DNA from: Bacillota bacterium
GTDB taxonomy: Bacteria; Bacillota; Sulfobacillia; Thermaerobacterales; RSA17
DNA: 64,000 nt
Direction: 5' to 3'
NCBI GenBank assembly: GCA_017577485.2
Contig: PKRI02000006.1
Coordinates: forward strand, 2,051 to 66,050
In this document: positions 59,801-64,000 of the stretch, one piece after another
Layout of the letters: the number at the start of each line of letters is the position of its first letter
Position numbering within the stretch: position 1 is the first letter of the stretch
Translations under genes and position numbers: made by a program
Notes under the pieces: model-generated
Databases searched by the model: none
What the model saw: only the letters and a program-made list of their open reading frames with translations
Told to the model about the DNA's origin: nothing

Positions 59801-60444
59801 TGGCGCTCCGGGACATGGAGATCCGGGGCGCAGGCAACATCCTGGGCCCCGAGCAGCACGGCCACATCGCCGCCGTGGGCTTCGACCTGTATGCCCAGCT
59901 GCTGGAGGAGGCCGTGCGGGATCTCAAGGGGGAGCGGGCCGAGCCGCGGCTGCGGCCCACCATCGACCTGCGCTGGGACGCCTACATCCCCGACGACTAC
60001 ATCCGCGACGCCCGGATCAAGGTCGACATCTACCAGCGCATCGACGCGGCCCAGAGCCGCGCCGAACTGGCGGAACTGCGGGACGAATTGATGGACCGCT
60101 TCGGCGACCTGCCCGAAGCCGTGTGGAACCTGCTGATCACCGCCGACGCCCGGATCGCGGCCGGCCGCCTGGGCGTCATCAGCATCACCCAGCAGGCCGG
60201 CTATCTGCAGGCCGATATGGTGTCGCTGCCGCGGGTGGCGCTGGAGCGGGCCGGCCTGGATGACCGCAGCCGCGGCCGGCAGCTGATCTTCACCGGCGGC
60301 CGGCCGGTGGTGCGCGTCCGGCTCCAGGGCGGGCGCCAGGAACTGCGGGAGGCCCTCAAGGACCTGCTCAGGGACCTGGAGCGGGTCCACCGGCTTCTGC
60401 AGGCTGACGGCCGCATGAAAGCCTCCCCTCCCGCAAAGTACTAA
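56851..60444 (+). CDS. mfd: Transcription-repair coupling factor Mfd
   Basis: 1197 aa. UvrB-like N-terminus, CarD/RID region GDYVVHVHHGIGRY, helicase motifs CGDVGYGKTEVAMRAAF, IIDEEHRFGV, LSMTATPIPRTL, QLRGRVGRS, TRG motif. Confidence 0.96.
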   Translation: MQVSAGSGEARTGQGLLSLLDDLPEFRSLADAVRKRREAVLVHGLTAGAAPFVLARLFQDAGRTVLWVTPDSARAEQVAGELEVWAPGLRVAVLPAAEVMPFETLAAHDEVGLQRLAVLGRLVSGRLDVVVTPAAALADRGAPAQVLRDLCLHLDWNTAVDPGELARRLVALGYQRTDLVERPGDFAVRGGIIDVYPPGDEHPLRIEWFGDEIDSLRRFEVGSQRTVANVEEAFLGPAREPALTPEARARAAAAARRELERVEARLRASNPEAAARLARRVGEDLDALETGRPFPGMARYVAYAYPDAATPAALMPPDSICVVDDWPRVAEALVQHRQAIQDQLSGYLESGVLLPGHGEAYADPARVQADLERLARVYLLALPRSLPGVQPAAVIGFQCRTVPSFRAQWDLLADEVRSWQAGRRRVVFGLPGADRARRLAELLNERGAGVRVLDHLTEAPPQGTAAAVALPVREGFELDGIALVVLSDADVAGRAVRRRRRATVPGGARIRHYMELAEGDYVVHVHHGIGRYLGLRTMEVQGVRRDYLVLQYQGGDRLYVPTDQVDLVQKYVGGEGAEPRLSRLGGAEWARAKERVRKSVRDMAEQLLALYAARQTVPGHAFAPDGPWQREFEDAFPYVETEDQLRATEEIKRDMEAPRPMDRLLCGDVGYGKTEVAMRAAFKAVADGKQVAVLVPTTILAHQHYRTFKERFQDFPVNIDVLSRFRSPREQQEIIAALRQGRIDIIIGTHRLVSRDVGFKDLGLLIIDEEHRFGVAQKERIKQLKQNVDVLSMTATPIPRTLHMAMTGIRDLSVIETPPEGRFPVQTYVVEYNPTIIREAILRELRRGGQVFYVHNRVRSIGIITDRLRRLVPEARIASAHGQMDEERLERVMMDFLDGAFDILVCTTIVESGLDIANVNTLIVEDADRMGLAQLYQLRGRVGRSSRVGYAYFTYQRDRVLTEAAEKRLQALKDFTDLGSGFKLALRDMEIRGAGNILGPEQHGHIAAVGFDLYAQLLEEAVRDLKGERAEPRLRPTIDLRWDAYIPDDYIRDARIKVDIYQRIDAAQSRAELAELRDELMDRFGDLPEAVWNLLITADARIAAGRLGVISITQQAGYLQADMVSLPRVALERAGLDDRSRGRQLIFTGGRPVVRVRLQGGRQELREALKDLLRDLERVHRLLQADGRMKASPPAKY

Positions 60445-60485
60445 GGCTGCACGTCGCGCAGCGGCGGGTCGAGGAGGGTCGGTTG

Positions 60486-61046
60486 GTGAAAGCGACCGGC
60501 ATCGTACGGCGCATCGATGACCTGGGCCGGGTGGTGATTCCCAAGGAAATTCGGCGGACCCTGCGGATCCGGGAGGGGGATCCGCTGGAAATCTTCGTGG
60601 ACCGGGACGGCGAGGTCATCCTCAAGAAGTACTCGCCCATCGGCGAGTTGGGCAATTATGCCGCCGAGTTCGCCGAGTCCCTTCACGATGCCCTGGGCCA
60701 CATTGCCCTGGTGGCGGATCAGGACGCCATCATCGCCGTGGCCGGCGCGCCCAGGAAGGAGTTCCTGGACCGGCGCATCGGCGGCGTCATCGAGGGAGCC
60801 ATGCGGCACCGCCAGACGGTGGTGGTCAACGACGTCGAGGGCGAGAAGCCCTTCCCCGGGACGCTGCTGTTCGACGACGAGGACGACCGGCGGGTGGCGG
60901 CCTACATCGCGGCGCCCATCGTGGTGGGCGACGAGGCCATCGGCGCGGTGATCCTCTGCACGCGGGACCCGGACCGCAAGATGGGGGACCTGGAGCGCAC
61001 GCTGGTGGAAACGGCGGCGACCTTCCTGGCCAAGCAGATGCAGTAG
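60486..61046 (+). CDS. spoVT: Stage V sporulation protein T (AbrB-type N-domain + GAF domain)
   Basis: ORF track 60483..61046. GTG 60486 has GAGGAGGG 7 nt upstream. KATGIVRRIDDLGRVVIPKEIRRTLRIREGDPLEIFVDRDGEVILKKYSPI plus a GAF-like C-domain. Follows mfd as in B. subtilis. Confidence 0.9.
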   Translation: MKATGIVRRIDDLGRVVIPKEIRRTLRIREGDPLEIFVDRDGEVILKKYSPIGELGNYAAEFAESLHDALGHIALVADQDAIIAVAGAPRKEFLDRRIGGVIEGAMRHRQTVVVNDVEGEKPFPGTLLFDDEDDRRVAAYIAAPIVVGDEAIGAVILCTRDPDRKMGDLERTLVETAATFLAKQMQ

Positions 61047-61156
61047 CAGCTGCGGCCGGCGGCGGCTCCCGCCTTTCGGGCGGCGGGACAGGACTCCACG
61101 GCGCCGCAGCGAAGCCGCGGTTGGTGACGCGCTGTTCCCCGGGGGAGGGGACCGGA

Positions 61157-62755
61157 TTGCTCCACAAGGACTCCCTGGTGCGGGGTGCCTTCATCCTCGC
61201 CGCCGGGTCGCTGCTCAGCCGCGGGTTGGGCGCCGTGTACCGCCTGCTGCTGCCCATGCTGGTGGGCGGCGGCCAGCAGGGCGCCTACGCCCTGGGCCTC
61301 TACAACTACTCGTACCGCATCTATTCGGTGGCGCTGGTGCTGTCGACGGTGGGCCTGCCGCTGGCGGTGTCGCGCCTGGTTTCCCAGCGCCTGGCCCAGG
61401 ACGACGGCGCCGGCGCCCGCCGGGTCTTTACGGCGGCCCGCGGCCTGCTGGCGGCCGTCGGCCTGGTGATCACCCTGGGCCTGGCGGCGGTGGCGCCGGG
61501 CTTCGCCCGCACCGTGGATCCCAACGCTCTCTACCCGATCCTGGCCATCGCGCCGGCGGTGTTCCTGGTTTCGCTGATGTCGGCCTACCGCGGCCTTTTC
61601 CAGGGCATGCAGGTGATGACTCCCTACGCCGTCTCCCAGGTGGTGGAGCAGATCGTCCGCGTGGCCACCATCCTGGCGGCGGCGGTGCTGCTCTTGCCCT
61701 GGGGTATCCCGGCGGCCATGGCGGGTGCCAGTTTCGGCGCCGTCACCGGGGCCGGCGCCGGCCTGGTCTACCTCTGGTACGTTATGCGCCGGCACCGGGA
61801 GCACCTGGACCGGGTGCTGGCGGCGGGCCGGCCCCGGGCGGGCGGCGCCTGGCCGGGCATCATCCGGGAGATCCTGGCCCTGGCCGTGCCCATCTCGCTG
61901 GCGTCGCTGGCCTTTCCCGTCATCAGCCTCATCGACCTGAGCGTGCCGGTGCTGCTGCAGTCCCGGGGCATGGACGCCGAGGCGGCCACCACCGCCTACG
62001 GCGCCCTGTCCCAGGCGGAGCCCTTCCTCAACGTGCCGCTGACGCTCACCACCGGCTTCGCCCTGTCGCTGGTGCCGGCCATCACCGAGGCGGCCAGCCA
62101 GGGACGGGGCAGCCGCGTGCAGCGGGGCATCGGCGCCGCGCTGCGGATCGCCCTGATCATCACCATCCCCGCGGTGGCCGGCCTGATGCTGCTGGCCCAC
62201 GACCTGGCGGCGGCCTTCTACGACTACCCGGCCGCCGGCACGCCCCTGCAGGTGCTGGCCCTGGCGGCGCTGTTCATCGGCCTGCAGCAAATGTCGTCGG
62301 GCGTGCTGCAGGGCCTGGGCCGGCCCATGGTGCCGGTGCGCCATCTGGCGTGGGGCGTCGCCGTCAAGGCGCTGCTGACCTGGCTGCTGGTACCGGCGTG
62401 GGGCGTCACCGGCGCCGCGGCCGCCACGGTGTCGGCCTTCACCGTCACGGCCCTGCTGAACCTGGCCAGCGTGGCCAGGCTGGCCGGCTGGTCCGATTTC
62501 GGTGCCGGCAACGTGGCGAAGCCCGTGGCTGCGTCCCTGGTGATGGCCGCCGCGGTGACGGCCCTGCGCGCCGTCCTGGTGCCGCGCCTGCCCCTGCTGG
62601 CCGTCACCCTGGCCGTGGCCGCGGCGGGCGTGGTGGTGTACGGGGCGGCGCTGCTGGTGCTGGGCGGCGTCCGCGCCGCCGACCTGGAACTGGCGCCTGG
62701 CCTGGCGCGGCGGGTGCTGCCGGCCCTGCGCCGCTGGCGGCTGATCCGGGATTGA
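61157..62755 (+). CDS. MOP-superfamily flippase (YabM / SpoVB / MurJ-like polysaccharide or lipid II flippase)
   Basis: ORF track 61121..62755. TTG 61157 has GGGGGAGGGG 6 nt upstream. About 14 TM segments. GAFILAAGSLLSRGLGAVYRLLLP.., YRGLFQGMQVM. Occupies the slot of B. subtilis yabM. Confidence 0.8.
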   Translation: MLHKDSLVRGAFILAAGSLLSRGLGAVYRLLLPMLVGGGQQGAYALGLYNYSYRIYSVALVLSTVGLPLAVSRLVSQRLAQDDGAGARRVFTAARGLLAAVGLVITLGLAAVAPGFARTVDPNALYPILAIAPAVFLVSLMSAYRGLFQGMQVMTPYAVSQVVEQIVRVATILAAAVLLLPWGIPAAMAGASFGAVTGAGAGLVYLWYVMRRHREHLDRVLAAGRPRAGGAWPGIIREILALAVPISLASLAFPVISLIDLSVPVLLQSRGMDAEAATTAYGALSQAEPFLNVPLTLTTGFALSLVPAITEAASQGRGSRVQRGIGAALRIALIITIPAVAGLMLLAHDLAAAFYDYPAAGTPLQVLALAALFIGLQQMSSGVLQGLGRPMVPVRHLAWGVAVKALLTWLLVPAWGVTGAAAATVSAFTVTALLNLASVARLAGWSDFGAGNVAKPVAASLVMAAAVTALRAVLVPRLPLLAVTLAVAAAGVVVYGAALLVLGGVRAADLELAPGLARRVLPALRRWRLIRD

Positions 62756-62792
62756 CCGCTGCAGGCCGGGCAGGGCCGGCCGCGGGGGAGGA

Positions 62793-63701
62793 GTGCCCGT
62801 GAACGAGGAAACCCCCTTCCAGCGCCTGGTGGCCATCGTGGAACGGCTGCGGGGGCCCGACGGGTGTCCCTGGGACCGCCGCCAGACCCACCGGAGCCTC
62901 CGCCCGTACCTGCTGGAAGAGGCTTACGAGGTGCTGGCGGCCATCGACGAGGTGGAGGCCAGCCCGGAGAAGCTGCGGGAAGAGTTGGGCGACCTGCTGC
63001 TGCAGGTGCTGATGCACGCGGTGATCGCCGCCGAGGCCGGCCGCTTCACCCTGGACGACGTGATCAATGGCCTGGCCGACAAGCTGGTGCGCCGCCACCC
63101 CCACGTTTTCGGGGACGCCCAGGCCGGCGATGCTGAAGAGGTGGCCCGCACCTGGGAGGCCATCAAGGCCGCCGAGGCCGCCGAAGCGGAGGCCGCCGGC
63201 GAGGCCCGGCCCGCTGCGAGCCTGGCCGCCCGGCTGCGTCGGGTTCCCGGCGGACTGCCGCCGCTGGCGCGGGCGGCGGCCCTGCAGCGGGAGGCGGCGG
63301 CGGTGGGCTTCGACTGGGATAGCCCCCTGCCGGCTCTGGACAAGCTTTCCGAGGAAGCGGCCGAACTGCGGGAGGCGCTGGCCGCCGGCAGCCCGGACCG
63401 CATCGAGGAAGAGTGCGGAGACCTGCTGTTCTCGCTGGTGAACGTGGCCAGGCTGGCCGGGGTCGACCCCGACGCGGCCCTGGCCGGGGCCAATGCCAGG
63501 TTCACGGCCAGGCTGGAGGCCATGGAGCGGCGGGCGGCCGCCGACGGGCTGAGATTGGAGGACCTGGACCTGGAGGCCCTGGACGCCCTGTGGCAGTCCG
63601 TCAAGGACGGGCCATCCCGCGAAACCCGCGGCGGAGAAGGATTTCCCAGCCAGCCAGAGAACGAAGCACATCGTCACCAGTCGAAGGGGGGAGATCCGTG
63701 A
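62793..63701 (+). CDS. mazG: Nucleoside triphosphate pyrophosphohydrolase MazG (tandem MazG domains; no N-terminal methylase domain)
   Basis: 302 aa (GTG 62799 is the alternative start). [52 protein letters not shown]. The second domain carries [15 protein letters not shown]. Confidence 0.9.
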   Translation: MPVNEETPFQRLVAIVERLRGPDGCPWDRRQTHRSLRPYLLEEAYEVLAAIDEVEASPEKLREELGDLLLQVLMHAVIAAEAGRFTLDDVINGLADKLVRRHPHVFGDAQAGDAEEVARTWEAIKAAEAAEAEAAGEARPAASLAARLRRVPGGLPPLARAAALQREAAAVGFDWDSPLPALDKLSEEAAELREALAAGSPDRIEEECGDLLFSLVNVARLAGVDPDAALAGANARFTARLEAMERRAAADGLRLEDLDLEALDALWQSVKDGPSRETRGGEGFPSQPENEAHRHQSKGGDP

Positions 63702-63967
63702 ACAAGGCGGAGCTCATCAACCGAGTCGCCGAGAAAACGGGTCTGACCAAGAAGGATACCGAAAAGGCCGTCAACGCCGTGGTGGAAACCATCGAGCAGG
63801 CCCTCGCCAACGGGGAGAAGGTTTCTCTGGTGGGCTTCGGCACCTTCGAGGTTCGTTCGCGGAAGGCCCGCACCGGCCGCAACCCGCAGACCGGTGCGAC
63901 CATTGAGATTCCCGCGTCCAGGGTTCCTGCGTTCCGGCCCGGCAAGGCTCTCAAGGAGCGGGTCTGA
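63698..63967 (+). CDS. hup: DNA-binding protein HU
   Basis: In-frame part of ORF 63413..63967. GTG 63698 overlaps the mazG stop (GTGA). [89 protein letters not shown]. Confidence 0.95.
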   Translation: MNKAELINRVAEKTGLTKKDTEKAVNAVVETIEQALANGEKVSLVGFGTFEVRSRKARTGRNPQTGATIEIPASRVPAFRPGKALKERV

Positions 63968-64000
63968 TCACCTCGGTATTCCGCGCGGGCCGGGCGGTTT

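Overview
This window is the replication-origin region of a visibly very GC-rich, Firmicutes-type chromosome (GC content not computed). Gene order follows the Bacillus subtilis 0-70 kb map closely. The sporulation-associated genes and the long Bacillus-type SRP RNA suggest a high-GC Clostridia, Symbiobacterium, Thermaerobacter or Limnochordia-like lineage.

Gene layout:
- Minus strand, 1-10985: a partial M23-like gene, spo0J/parB, soj, livFGMHK, noc, rsmG, jag, yidC, yidD, rnpA, rpmH.
- Plus strand, origin core: dnaA, dnaN, recF, a DUF721/DciA-like gene, remB, gyrB, gyrA, archease, rtcB, a PurM-like gene, mtnA, serS.
- Plus strand, tRNA-bounded cassettes through rsmI: two tRNA-bounded cassettes (lipoproteins; modR-modABC), tadA, SRP RNA, dnaX, ebfC, recR, yaaL, bofA, gltX, tRNA-Gln/Glu, a lone 5S rRNA, darA, holB, ricT, rsmI.
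- abrB lies on the minus strand here. Plus strand, metG onward: a T-box leader, metG, tatD, rsmA, a ykuK-like gene, veg, ispE, an NTP-transferase, purR, ilvA-like, spoVG, glmU, prs, ctc, pth, mfd, spoVT, a yabM-like gene, mazG, hup.

I could place 8 tRNAs, 1 SRP RNA, 1 orphan 5S rRNA, a T-box riboswitch, a perfect parS, three DnaA-box clusters, and a set of promoters and terminators.

I found no mobile element, CRISPR array, defence island or other convincing new multi-gene system. This is mostly conserved housekeeping DNA.

The most unusual observations are:
- a DnaA-box cluster in the gyrB-gyrA spacer;
- a DUF721/DciA-like protein with a long zinc-ribbon extension in a Bacillus-like recF-remB-gyrB context;
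- a PurM-superfamily gene translationally coupled to an MtnA-like isomerase;
- an orphan 5S gene with its own promoter and terminator;
- a copy of the tRNA-Ser(GCU) anticodon arm embedded in that tRNA's own promoter;
- a uniform N73-CA trailer (no encoded CCA) on all 8 tRNA genes.

Many ORF-track entries are GC-driven shadow ORFs or 5' over-extensions. I re-derived start codons from RBS position and 4-nt stop/start overlaps, and they remain predictions.
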